The notes under the pieces: generated by a model
Seen by the model: the letters and a program-made list of their open reading frames with translations, nothing else
Told to the model about the DNA's origin: nothing
Database searches by the model: none
Shown here: piece by piece, positions 17,110 to 26,800 of the stretch
How positions within the stretch are numbered: the first letter of the stretch is position 1
Layout: every line of letters begins with the position of its first letter
Program-made: the position numbers and the translations under genes
NCBI GenBank assembly: GCA_023898725.1
Contig: CP060236.1
Coordinates: forward strand, 196,920 to 260,919
Direction of reading: 5' to 3'
From: Alphaproteobacteria bacterium
GTDB taxonomy: Bacteria > Pseudomonadota > Alphaproteobacteria > JAUHZC01
DNA: 64,000 nt

Positions 17110-18522
17110 ATGATGCCGTTTTTACTTGTTGCCTTTATCTCTTTAAGCTCTCTGCACGCACCCCTACATGCCAGCTGGCATGCCAGCTGGAAGGTCGCTG
17201 CTGAAGAACTCTGTCTGGTGGGATCACGCGCAGCGGGAGGATCAACCCGAGCTGTTTTCTGGGCTAAGACCCCACCAAAAAGTGCAAGAAGCGTTTTAGC
17301 TCCTTGGGTGGGCATTGTTCCTGGTCGTGGGTTTGCCACCAAACCCAAAAGAGGCCCAGATAACACCCGCGACAGTATCAGTGCCTTTCCCCGCGGACGC
17401 CAACAGGATTATACAGTCCCAACCTTTGATGCCCCCTTTAAGTTGGTGCTTGCCGACGATGAGGTGCGTCCCTCTTTTTTGCATGCCTTTGTGCCCGACA
17501 TCGGGATTGTGGAATCCAAACGCCTGGATGACCACATGAACCCCTTGCAAGAAATGCAAACCTTGCGCACCCTCCTTCATCGGGCGGACACCCGTCAAAC
17601 TGTTGCTGAACTTGACGGTGCCCGTCAGGTTCAGGTTCACTTACAAGATACCCTCGAAGATGAGTTAGCCCTACATCCCCAAGCCACCCAGTTGTTGCGC
17701 CGCATGGTGGCATCGTTTGATGATCTTGTTCATGCTTTTCCAAAGGTCCGGTATAACGGCACCATGGACTTTGTCTGCCAGTTAGAAACGGGTGAATATG
17801 CCTTGATCGAAACGCAAGTCATCCCTCAGGACTATTGGGATGAACGTGCGCTTGCCTATGTGGCCGCCTTTTATGGCAATCAACTGCGCCGTGGGGACCA
17901 TTGGCGTGATCTCAAGAAAGTCATTGGGATTAACATTTTGGCGGGTGTACGCGGGGATCATTGGCGCGACACCCCCGAACAATACGTGCGACGATATCGC
18001 ATGCAAGAACAACTCCATACGCCGCGGCGCTTTATTGATGGGATTGAACTGGTACAGTATTCGCTTGCTAATGCGCCTGCAGTTGTGGATTCCCGTGAGC
18101 AACAAGATTGGCTGACGTTCTTCACGCGTGCCCATCTTATGAGTGCCACTGAAGTTGAGGCAACCATCGCTACCCCCGCTGTCAAGAGGGCTTTTGAGAT
18201 GATTCGGATCACCAACCTTCCCGAAGATGTGCACGACGCATATGTTGCTGAAGGTCTTGAGTATGATCGTTTCTCAATCTACACGGCTGAAGAACATGCC
18301 CGTGGAAAGGAAGAAGGATTAGCGCAAGGAAAGGAAGAAGGATTAGCGCAAGGAAGAGTAGAAGGAAAAGAAGAAGGAGCGCAGGAGAAACTCCGGGAAG
18401 TGATGGCACGACTTGCGCGTGCTGGACAAACCCCTGCTGAGATTGCAGCGCTTCTTGACGAAGACGTAACAACGGTAACCACCATTCTGCATGCAGAAGC
18501 AGACTCCAGCAAACGCGCTTAA
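17110..18522 (+). CDS. Rpn/YhgA-like PD-(D/E)XK nuclease, paralog copy 5.
   Basis: It carries a 12-bp in-frame duplication near the N-terminus (LHASWHASWKV; CATGCCAGCTGG twice). The C-terminal repeat reads KEEGLAQGKEEGLAQGRVEGKEEGAQE (2 units plus RVEG). Confidence 0.75.
   Translation: MMPFLLVAFISLSSLHAPLHASWHASWKVAAEELCLVGSRAAGGSTRAVFWAKTPPKSARSVLAPWVGIVPGRGFATKPKRGPDNTRDSISAFPRGRQQDYTVPTFDAPFKLVLADDEVRPSFLHAFVPDIGIVESKRLDDHMNPLQEMQTLRTLLHRADTRQTVAELDGARQVQVHLQDTLEDELALHPQATQLLRRMVASFDDLVHAFPKVRYNGTMDFVCQLETGEYALIETQVIPQDYWDERALAYVAAFYGNQLRRGDHWRDLKKVIGINILAGVRGDHWRDTPEQYVRRYRMQEQLHTPRRFIDGIELVQYSLANAPAVVDSREQQDWLTFFTRAHLMSATEVEATIATPAVKRAFEMIRITNLPEDVHDAYVAEGLEYDRFSIYTAEEHARGKEEGLAQGKEEGLAQGRVEGKEEGAQEKLREVMARLARAGQTPAEIAALLDEDVTTVTTILHAEADSSKRA
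18304..18387 (+). repeat. 24-bp coding repeat array, copy 5 (2 units plus RVEG).
   Basis: Seen directly. The units are GGAAAGGAAGAAGGATTAGCGCAA variants. Confidence 0.8.
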
Positions 18523-18568
18523 CGAAGCGGATCATATTCTACCCTTATTCTACCCTTAGAAGATTGTT

Positions 18569-18777
18569 CTCTCCCACACGATAGGAACGCTTATATAAGG
18601 ATGATGGCACAGAAGGTCAGGAGAAACTCTTGAGCGACAAAGCCACTAACGCCTGTCTCTGCCTAAAAAGCTATCCTTCAAAATGATACGTTGCTGCTAT
18701 CTGCTTTATGGATGCGTGTCGTTTGTGTAGATGCCGCAGATATGCGATCTGTCTCATATCCTATGAACCTCTACAAA
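18569..18777 (+). repeat. Orphan partial leader copy (repeat unit F) with no gene. It ends 80 bp upstream of acpS.
   Basis: It is identical to the first ~210 bp of the unit leader and diverges after CTATGAA. Confidence 0.8.
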
Positions 18778-18856
18778 CATGAGATCAGGATTTACTCTTT
18801 CTCAATTACAGCGTAGGTTGAGAGTACACGAGCACCACACGATGAACCCCTAACCT

Positions 18857-19276
18857 ATGATTATTGGCACAGGAATTGATATTATCGAACTTTCACGCAT
18901 TGCTGATATGGTCGGAAAGTTTGGTGATCAATTTACCAAACGTATCTGTACTTTAGTGGAAATTGAACGCATACCCGCTAACGATCAAATTCCTTTTATT
19001 GCCAAACGATGGGCAACGAAAGAAGCAGCCGTAAAAGCACTAGGAACAGGATTTCGTGAAGATGTCACTTTTCAAGATATGTGGACAACGCATGATACCC
19101 TAGGGCGCCCTATTTTGCACCTCTCCCCTGCGCTTCATGCACGACTAACGCAGACAATCCCTTCCAACTATATCTTGCGCACACACGTTAGCACCTCTGA
19201 TACGTGTAACGATGCAATTGCCATGGTTACACTTGAGATTATTCGTGAATCCATTAATATTCCGCCATTACTCTAA
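18857..19276 (+). CDS. acpS: Holo-[acyl-carrier-protein] synthase.
   Basis: The 139-aa product starts MIIGTGIDIIELSRI. It has the conserved GTGxDxxE motif and a KEAxxKAxG segment typical of AcpS. Confidence 0.85.
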   Translation: MIIGTGIDIIELSRIADMVGKFGDQFTKRICTLVEIERIPANDQIPFIAKRWATKEAAVKALGTGFREDVTFQDMWTTHDTLGRPILHLSPALHARLTQTIPSNYILRTHVSTSDTCNDAIAMVTLEIIRESINIPPLL

Positions 19277-19285
19277 CGAGAGGAT

Positions 19286-20062
19286 ATGAAAATGCGCATT
19301 GCTTCTTGGAACATTAACGCCATTGGTGCGCGATTGGATCACCTTTGTCGCTACCTCACAGAAACAAAAACCGATGTTATGCTTTTACAGGAGTTAAAAA
19401 CACGGGATGAAACATTTCCGAGAGAGCCGTTGGAGGACATAGGCTATAACTTAGCCATATATGGTCAAAAATCCTATAATGGGGTTGCCATTGTGAGCAA
19501 GCATCCCTTGGATGATGTGATAAGAGGCATTCCTGACTATAGCGACGAAAATGCCCGGTATATTTCTGCATTCACGGGAGGAGTCCGTGTATCAAGTGTC
19601 TATGTACCCAATGGCCAAAGTATCGACTCCGATAAATACGCGTACAAGATGCAGTTTTATGCAGCGCTAGACGCGCATATGAAAACTCTGCACGCCAATG
19701 ATGAAGATGTTTTTATTGGTGGAGATTTCAATGTTGCCCCAACCATCAACGATATTCACGACCACACACCCAGACCAGACCACATTTTGTGCTCTCCCCA
19801 AGAACAAGAAGCCTGGCGTATGCTGATAAACTCTGGATATATTGATGTGTTTCGTGCCCTTCATCCTTATGATACACAAGCTTTCAGTTGGTGGGATTAT
19901 CGCGCGGGTTCCTGGCAATACAATCGGGGATACCGTATCGACCAGTTTTTACTCAATGCGCGCGCCTGTGATCGCATCACACACGCAGGCATTGATACCC
20001 ATACCCGCGGATGGGAGCGTCCCTCTGATCATGCGCCTATTTGGGTAGCGTTACGCACGTAA
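19286..20062 (+). CDS. xthA: Exodeoxyribonuclease III (AP endonuclease).
   Basis: The product starts MRIASWNINAIGARL and matches the ExoIII/APE1 (EEP) fold. Conserved motifs include QELK, DFNVAP and the C-terminal SDHAPIWVAL. An SD GAGAGGA lies upstream. Confidence 0.9.
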   Translation: MKMRIASWNINAIGARLDHLCRYLTETKTDVMLLQELKTRDETFPREPLEDIGYNLAIYGQKSYNGVAIVSKHPLDDVIRGIPDYSDENARYISAFTGGVRVSSVYVPNGQSIDSDKYAYKMQFYAALDAHMKTLHANDEDVFIGGDFNVAPTINDIHDHTPRPDHILCSPQEQEAWRMLINSGYIDVFRALHPYDTQAFSWWDYRAGSWQYNRGYRIDQFLLNARACDRITHAGIDTHTRGWERPSDHAPIWVALRT

Positions 20063-20109
20063 CTGTCTTGCCCAGGCACAAAAATCTCGAGTGGTACAAG
20101 CAACGGTTG

Positions 20110-21237
20110 TCAGTTCACACCCTCACACAGAAACGTCATAGGATCCACATACGGCATCTGAAGATCCTGCGCCACCAAAGGGTGCGTAATGTGCCCACAG
20201 CACACGTTCAGACCATTTCTGAAATGCTCGTCATCACACAACGCCTTCGCATACCCCTTGTTTGCTAGAGCCAGAACAAAGGGCAGTGTTGCATTGTTCA
20301 ATGCCTGCGCTGAGGTTTTGGCTACAGCCCCGGGCATATTCGTCACACAATAATGAATGATCCCGTCAACCTCATAGGTTGGATTTTCATGGGTTGTTGG
20401 ACGGCTTGTTTCAAAGCACCCTCCTTGATCGATGGCCACATCCACAAGAACGGTTCCTCTTTTCAGCCATGACAGCATGTGTCTGCGAATCACTTTGGGC
20501 GCAGCCCCCCCAGGAACAAGCACAGCACCCACCACGACATCCGCTTGTGACAGCATCATTTCTAGATTATGCGCATTAGAGTAGAGTGTTTGCACGCGAC
20601 CATTGAACGCACTATCAATTTCTCGCAACCGCGGAAGGGATAGGTCAAGCACGGTAACATGTGCCCCCATTCCCACGGCAATGCGCGCAGCGTTCACTCC
20701 CACAACACCCCCACCAATAATGAGGACTTTTCCTGGAGAAACACCCGGAACACCCCCCAAAAGAACGCCTGCGCCCCCTTGGTGGCACTCAAGGCTGCGG
20801 GCGGCGGCTTGAATAGAAACACGCCCAGCAATTTCACTCATAGGAGCCAGCAAAGGAAGTTGGCCCTGATGGTTTGTAATTGTTTCGTAAGCAATCGCAA
20901 TATTACCAGAACGAACCAGTGCTTCGGCTTGTTGAGGATCAGGAGCAAGATGCAGATACGTAAACAGCACCTGCTCTTGACGCATGAGGCTATATTCGTG
21001 CGAAAGAGGTTCTTTCACCTTCACAATAAGATCTGCAATTTTCCAGATATCAGGTGCCGTGGATAAAACCTTTGCCCCTACAGCTTTGTAATCCTCATCC
21101 GCGAATCCTGCACCCAAGCCAGCGCTGGCCTCAACATGAACCATGTGACCACGGCTTGTAAGCTCTTTTACGCTTGATGGAACAAGTCCTACGCGGTATT
21201 CGTGAATCTTGGACTCTTTGGGGACACCAATAATCAT
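20110..21237 (-). CDS. ald: Alanine dehydrogenase.
   Basis: The product begins [20 protein letters not shown], the AlaDH N-terminal domain. It has an NAD-binding Rossmann motif ([28 protein letters not shown]). The start is set at the internal Met; the longest ORF begins at 21285. Confidence 0.9.
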   Translation of the reverse strand: MIIGVPKESKIHEYRVGLVPSSVKELTSRGHMVHVEASAGLGAGFADEDYKAVGAKVLSTAPDIWKIADLIVKVKEPLSHEYSLMRQEQVLFTYLHLAPDPQQAEALVRSGNIAIAYETITNHQGQLPLLAPMSEIAGRVSIQAAARSLECHQGGAGVLLGGVPGVSPGKVLIIGGGVVGVNAARIAVGMGAHVTVLDLSLPRLREIDSAFNGRVQTLYSNAHNLEMMLSQADVVVGAVLVPGGAAPKVIRRHMLSWLKRGTVLVDVAIDQGGCFETSRPTTHENPTYEVDGIIHYCVTNMPGAVAKTSAQALNNATLPFVLALANKGYAKALCDDEHFRNGLNVCCGHITHPLVAQDLQMPYVDPMTFLCEGVN

Positions 21238-21306
21238 TCTAATTTGCTTTTTTCTGTGCGTATCATCCGCCGAAATTACGCACAAATGGAAGAAAAAGCA
21301 AGCGTG

Positions 21307-22416
21307 TTAGTGCGCAAGAAAAGGAACGGCACGCACACAAAAATCCCCCACGTACATTAAAAGAGATGCTGTGAAGACTTGTACAGCTCCATACAAAGAA
21401 CTTCCCACACCCGCTTCATGAGCAAAGGGTTCCATAGCCTTAGCAAGACAATTGGCAAAAAGTGTACCAATACTCGTCATCAGAATAAGCATAATTCCCG
21501 TAAACATGTAAGTGCTTTCCAAGCCAAATAGGCTGACCAAAACAATCATCAGGGCACTCAAAAAAAGACCCGCATAAATCATCACAAGAACTGATGTATA
21601 ACGTAAAATTATTGCATTAATAAGGCTTCCCCAGATCAGTCCACTCAAAATAACACTGTGGAATGGGGTCCAATCTGCTATCAAAAGCCCAAAGTGATTC
21701 TCCCAAACTCTTCCCCCATTGGAAAGATAAAACATCAAAACAAAGTAGGAAAAACCGGCCAAAAGAGTAAAAAAAAGGAACTTTGGCTCTCTCATGATTG
21801 CTCCTAAAGAAGTTATAAATGGCCAAAACGCAAAATTCTTCTTCGTCTTTAGCGTTTCTGGCAAATACACATAGGTCGCAACAGCCGTCATAAAAACAAG
21901 AATACTTACCACAACAAATTGGGCCTCTGCGCCATGGCGGCAGACTAAAAACCCCACAATCACAGGAGAAAGCGTCATAAAACATTCGGAAAACATTGTC
22001 ACCCGAGACGAAAAAATCGCCATTTCCTTTCCTTGCGCCAGATCACGAAAAATAGCGCGCGGCAAACAAAGACCTGCAGAGGCAAACACCCCAGACCCAA
22101 ACCGCAACACAGCGCGGCCCTCATGTAATGGGACCCACAAAAAAAGCGTATTAAGGATGAAAATTCCCCCTAAAGCCATGAGTAAAACCCGACGCCTACC
22201 CAAAAAATCCGAGACAATCCCCCACACTAACTGCCCCACCGAATAGCCCATCAGGTACAACTGAACATATAAGCTCACCCCCTCACTTGTAAAACCAGGC
22301 CTTACAGAAAGGGCCGGGATAATAAGTGAAAACAAATCAAGGGGAAGGGCGGCACATACGAATACAAGCGTAAGGGCCAAGGCAATTCCTGAGCGTGATG
22401 AACGGATAGGCATCAA
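21307..22416 (-). CDS. MFS transporter (Bcr/CflA-like).
   Basis: It has 12 predicted TM helices. The MFS signature GxxSDxxGRR is present (GIVSDFLGRRRVLL). Confidence 0.7.
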   Translation of the reverse strand: MMPIRSSRSGIALALTLVFVCAALPLDLFSLIIPALSVRPGFTSEGVSLYVQLYLMGYSVGQLVWGIVSDFLGRRRVLLMALGGIFILNTLFLWVPLHEGRAVLRFGSGVFASAGLCLPRAIFRDLAQGKEMAIFSSRVTMFSECFMTLSPVIVGFLVCRHGAEAQFVVVSILVFMTAVATYVYLPETLKTKKNFAFWPFITSLGAIMREPKFLFFTLLAGFSYFVLMFYLSNGGRVWENHFGLLIADWTPFHSVILSGLIWGSLINAIILRYTSVLVMIYAGLFLSALMIVLVSLFGLESTYMFTGIMLILMTSIGTLFANCLAKAMEPFAHEAGVGSSLYGAVQVFTASLLMYVGDFCVRAVPFLAH

Positions 22417-22526
22417 TATCTTTATGATCTGGCATGGGTTATAAAATATGCCACATCATAACGAAGGTTTCCATAAATTCTAGTCAAAACTATTTTTTGC
22501 GACGGTCTCAAGAGAATACCTGTAAT

Positions 22527-23825
22527 CTAACTTCCCCGCTTGGACGAAAGGGGAGGTGTTTCTACAGGGGGATTCCCATCACCAAATTGGCGCAGGGCAT
22601 CATACTGTCTCTGATACTGTGCATGGGAACTCTTTGGTTGAATAGGATAAAACTCTCCTTGTGGAAAAGCTCTCTCTTCACCCGAGGGTGTAACCCCGGG
22701 GTTTGGCGTGTGGGAAACTTGTGGCGCTAGCGTTTTTCCCTGTTTTGCCCCAAACTGCTCAAATGTGTTTTGGTAGAATTGGGGATATTGCATGATTTCT
22801 TTCATGATCTCCCCCAGATCAAGATCCGACCAACTCATAACCTTACGCAACAAATAGTGTCCGGGATTATGCGGCTCATAAGCAGAAAAATACGCCACCA
22901 CATTTGCTAGCTGTTTGTATGCATCCTTACGGCTCATAAGGGGGCCCGAATGGTGTGCAAGAGGGGTAGCTTCTGAACCAGAATCACTGTGTGTGTCTGA
23001 CTGTGGTGTTTGTTTATCTGAAAGGGAAGAGTCGCATAAAATTGTGGTGCTTTTATCGGTTTTTTCATGGGGGATCGCTTTGTGAGGAATCGGACATATG
23101 TCACGAATAACCTCATCAATGAAGGAACCAAAATCGCTCAACACGCGCTTCAGCTTATATAAACTACCCTGGGTTTGTTGATGCTTTTCCCCCATGAGTG
23201 CATCAAGCTGCGCAAGGGTTTTTTGAGCAGATTCAAGATCTTTCTGAAACGCCTGATATACCACAGGGTTTGTGCGAGAAATTGCCGTGCGCAACCGCTT
23301 AAGGCGAACGCGATTACCCTCAACCTTTTGATTTGCGCTGACAATGGTCCACTCACCAAACGTGAAGGTATCGGATTCTTCCAGTTTTTCAGCAATGGAA
23401 AGTTCATACATGCGCTCGGGTATTTTTTCATTAACCCAATCAAGAACGGCAAGCCGAGCATCAATATCACCATCCTTCATATTCGGGAAAAAACTGTCCC
23501 AAAACATATCAAATATCATTCCAAATACCTTGAGTCCTGCAGAAAGTCCCCGGAGGCCATCTTTCTTGATGGCTGCCTCCATGAGCCAAGAAGCAACCTG
23601 CAAATCTTTCGATTTTTCTGCAAGAATTTGGCTACACAGATGAATTATTTTTGTCCAGTCTGCCCGTTTTAGTTCTATTTTCCAGACACCTTGGGGTAAG
23701 GTTGGGTCATCCTCTCTGCGTGCTTCTTGGATCACATCGTACTCATCACCATGACGAATATCTTCACCAGATGGTTTTTTTTCAGAAAGAGGTTTCAACA
23801 GAAGGGCGTAGTTTAGATCAGTCAT
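22527..23825 (-). CDS. tssA: Type VI secretion protein TssA (ImpA N-terminal domain family).
   Basis: The ImpA_N signature is present: LLKPLSEKKPSGEDIRHGDEYDVIQEARREDDPTLPQGVWKIELKRADWTKIIHLCSQILAEKSKDLQVASWLMEA. The 4-bp overlap with tssM (ATGA) indicates translational coupling. Confidence 0.8.
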   Translation of the reverse strand: MTDLNYALLLKPLSEKKPSGEDIRHGDEYDVIQEARREDDPTLPQGVWKIELKRADWTKIIHLCSQILAEKSKDLQVASWLMEAAIKKDGLRGLSAGLKVFGMIFDMFWDSFFPNMKDGDIDARLAVLDWVNEKIPERMYELSIAEKLEESDTFTFGEWTIVSANQKVEGNRVRLKRLRTAISRTNPVVYQAFQKDLESAQKTLAQLDALMGEKHQQTQGSLYKLKRVLSDFGSFIDEVIRDICPIPHKAIPHEKTDKSTTILCDSSLSDKQTPQSDTHSDSGSEATPLAHHSGPLMSRKDAYKQLANVVAYFSAYEPHNPGHYLLRKVMSWSDLDLGEIMKEIMQYPQFYQNTFEQFGAKQGKTLAPQVSHTPNPGVTPSGEERAFPQGEFYPIQPKSSHAQYQRQYDALRQFGDGNPPVETPPLSSKRGS

Positions 23826-26800
23826 TCACTGCCTCCTCCCTCCTGATCCAGGCCATCATCCGAGGGAATTACCGGTGATTGCGTGGGGAAGTTTAGCGAT
23901 GACAACGCCCGATCCAAGAGTCTTTTTTGGGCTTCTTTAGCAGAGTCTTCTGGGGATCCTTCACCCTTTTTTTCTAATAACTTAATGTCATAAATTATTG
24001 TGCTCACACCTTTTTGGGTGCTGGGAGGGGCACCGTTTGCCCCAGGTGTTTCAGGAAACATAATTGGAATATCAATTTTCACGGTCCAATGACGCTCGAC
24101 ACCTGCATTAGGAGTTACAATTTCCGCTTTGTTTTCTTTTAGAAGATGTAACATAGCCCACTGACCCTCATAAAAGAAAAGAGCTTTTGTTTCCTCCTCA
24201 ACTTCATAGGCGGCATTATCGTGATTGGCCGTTGGAGCGGGATATTTCTTGTTTGCCGTGCTTTTGACAAACTGTAATTCAAGATGGGTATTATCTCCTG
24301 AGTAATAATCAAATGTCTTGAGTTTGTCACCATTGCGAATGGCAGTCATGCTATCGTGCCCACCGGACGGATCCCCCACTCGAAAAATGCGGCGCATGAC
24401 AAAATTATTTTGTGTTTCCAGTTTTTTCTTTGCATCAACATCGACCTCAAATGTAAGACCGTCAATGTCTTCACCTTGGGCATTATTACCCCCTGCATGT
24501 AATAACCGGCGAGAAGCCCGCATAAACTTCAAGAAATGAAGAATCCTGGATTTTAATGGCGAACGTCGCGCTTCTTTTTCCAGAAGCTCATAATCATACG
24601 GTGTCAAGAGATCCATCAACTTATAGAATGTGTGCATGTCACGCAAAGAGGCCTCACGTTCGCCGGGCATATAGGCACGCTTGGTGAAGGGGAAGCGATC
24701 AGAAAGCGTACTATTAAAAAACGTTGCAAGGCGATTGTAGCGCTCTTTAAAGCGTCCTTGGGACAGACCGATGCAACGCTTACTCAAAAGTGTTTGGATT
24801 TTTCCACGACGCTCAAGAAAATAGTCTCCCGTTCCCTCAGAAACCTGCATGCCACAATTATTCATACTGACAAGATTCATATTTTTAATCACATACTCTT
24901 CCAAAGAGGCCACGGAATTCCCCGGTTTTTTTTGCGTATAGTAATCCAGTTGACCAAGGACACGCTCCCAGCGATGGATGGTTGGAAGATCACTGGGTGT
25001 ATCCTCCAGATTTGTTAAGCGCAAAAAATCAAGGAGCGGATGGGCCAGTTCTTTTGCAAAATAAGAGACACGCTGAATTTGAGCTGTAAGATATGTCTCA
25101 AGTCCCTCTTGATCATCAACAGAAAAGGCCCTATATCCAACATTTGTTTCCCCCTCCCACCAATCAAAATTTCCATTGCGTACGCTAAATAAATCTTGTG
25201 TGTCGAGCATTTTATCAACACGCCGCAGCATGTCATATGTTTGCGTAATGAGAAGCTCTGGAAGGCCCGTTTCTTTAAACTTAATGTCTCTGACGTTAAA
25301 AACTGAGAGAATTTTACGGAACTGTGGGGTAACAACCCGGATATTTTGCACCTGTGAATTAAGACGCTCTTGCGCGCCATAGCTCATAAACTGGACAGGC
25401 GCATCAAAAAAAGTCTGTGACTTTCCAAGAATACTAAGAATTTTCTTACGCAGGCTATTGGTTGCAACAAACTTGAGAATCGCTCGGAATTGGCCCTGAA
25501 TTTCCATCATGGTATTTTCAACAAAGTGGGTGTAGGTATCTATCAGTTTTTCAGCATTACCAAGGGTTACTGAATCCCAAACAAGAAGTTTTCCAGGAGG
25601 TACAGGACGTAATTTCTGTACAACCGCATCTTCAATCATAAACGTTTGCTTGAGAAAATCCTCCAAAACCTTATGAAGGTTTTTAAGACCATCGGAGACC
25701 CCCGCTCGCAGAACATTATTCGCACGCACAAAAAAATGTGACGAAAGAGGTGTTCGCATGGCAAGCAATTCTTCTTTAAACTTCTCAAATCTTGTGCGAA
25801 TCTTTTCTGAGACCTGACTGGCTATCGCAATGCCCAAAATTTCTGAGCTTGCAATAGTGGTCATAAGTTCGGAAAAATCCTCACCAGGGTTAAAAACAGA
25901 ACTCTCAATCCATTTGATGGTAGGCGATGAAAGATCTTGCATAACTACTTGCGTAAGCGCATACAAGTTTCGCAAATCTTTATCATCTGTTTCAAGCCCC
26001 CCTGGGCGGCTGAGCACATCAAGCTGATCGCGCAATTTGATGACCTGGGGTAGGTTTTTTTCTGTGTTAAATGAGGCTGCCATAAAGGCAGAAAGGCGCT
26101 GGTTCAGCTTTTCTTCTGCTTTTCGCCTAATCCCTTGTACGTGAACATTGATATCGGTCGTATCTGAAAGAGCTACACGGTAATAACTTTTATTCTGAAA
26201 TTTTTGCCCCGAAAAATCGCGGTCATACACATACCGAATAAGCTTAAGAACATTATCAATGCTCTGGCTCACTTCAATGTCGTTGTAGAGAGCAATATGC
26301 TTTTCGTATTCGCTTATTTCTGCCACATAATTGCGTAAGTTCCGAAATTCTGGTAATTTTATAGGATCAATGCTTGCGGACACTTCATGTTCAAAGTCTA
26401 CCTCTAAGTGACTCAACGATGTAATAACATCCCCTTTTTTGCGCAATTCATTGTGAATCGCCGCCAGAATAATATCATCATAGGCCACAGTCAAAGAATC
26501 ATTAATCCGATCCTGCAACGAAACAAACCAGGAAGAAGGGATAAAAAGACTCCACGTTTTTGTTGTTGAAACGCCCCCCATCAGATTAATAATTGAGCGC
26601 GTTTGTTCATTAAGAAAGATATTCCGTTGGGCTTCTTTACGAGGTCCTTGCAATTTATGAACGCCATCAACTGCGCGGTGAATCTGATGCAACAATGGAT
26701 ATGTCAGCTTGTGTGTGTTTGTCAGATTTTCGTTCACCCATAAAAGCCCTATGAACCACCCAAGACACACAACAGCCATCATACCTTTAGCAAAATTCAA

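Larger units (their letters stand above)
16813..18568 (+). repeat. Repeat unit E (inverted orientation), complete.
   Basis: It contains the leader (16813..17109), the gene and the tail ending at TTAGAAGATTGTT (18568). Confidence 0.85.

Noticed and set aside
6754-18234. Families of 60-150-aa ORFs on the strand opposite the Rpn-like genes. They are reported five times each: the MHIFGKV... 150 aa, MNLNLTGTVKF... 114 aa, MEKHEQDHQ... 101 aa, MNVRLPMWPP... 91 aa, MIRIISKALL... 84 aa and MFLVVGLPPNP... 74 aa ORFs.
   Set aside because: They recur only because the underlying 1.7-kb DNA unit recurs. They are antisense to a well-supported gene with recognisable family motifs. None has start signals or a known domain.
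6447-18777. Possibility that the repeated units are a CRISPR array or an IS-element array.
   Set aside because: The units are 1.7 kb and protein-coding, with no short spacer/repeat alternation. The 24-bp repeats are in-frame coding repeats without spacers. There is no DDE, HUH or serine transposase, and no terminal inverted repeats or target-site duplications flanking units.
21617-21985. 122-aa minus-strand ORF.
   Set aside because: It is an alternative frame inside the MFS transporter gene. It is Cys-rich and low-complexity, and is probably a translation artefact.
23175-23672. 165-aa plus-strand ORF.
   Set aside because: It is antisense to tssA, which has an ImpA_N signature.
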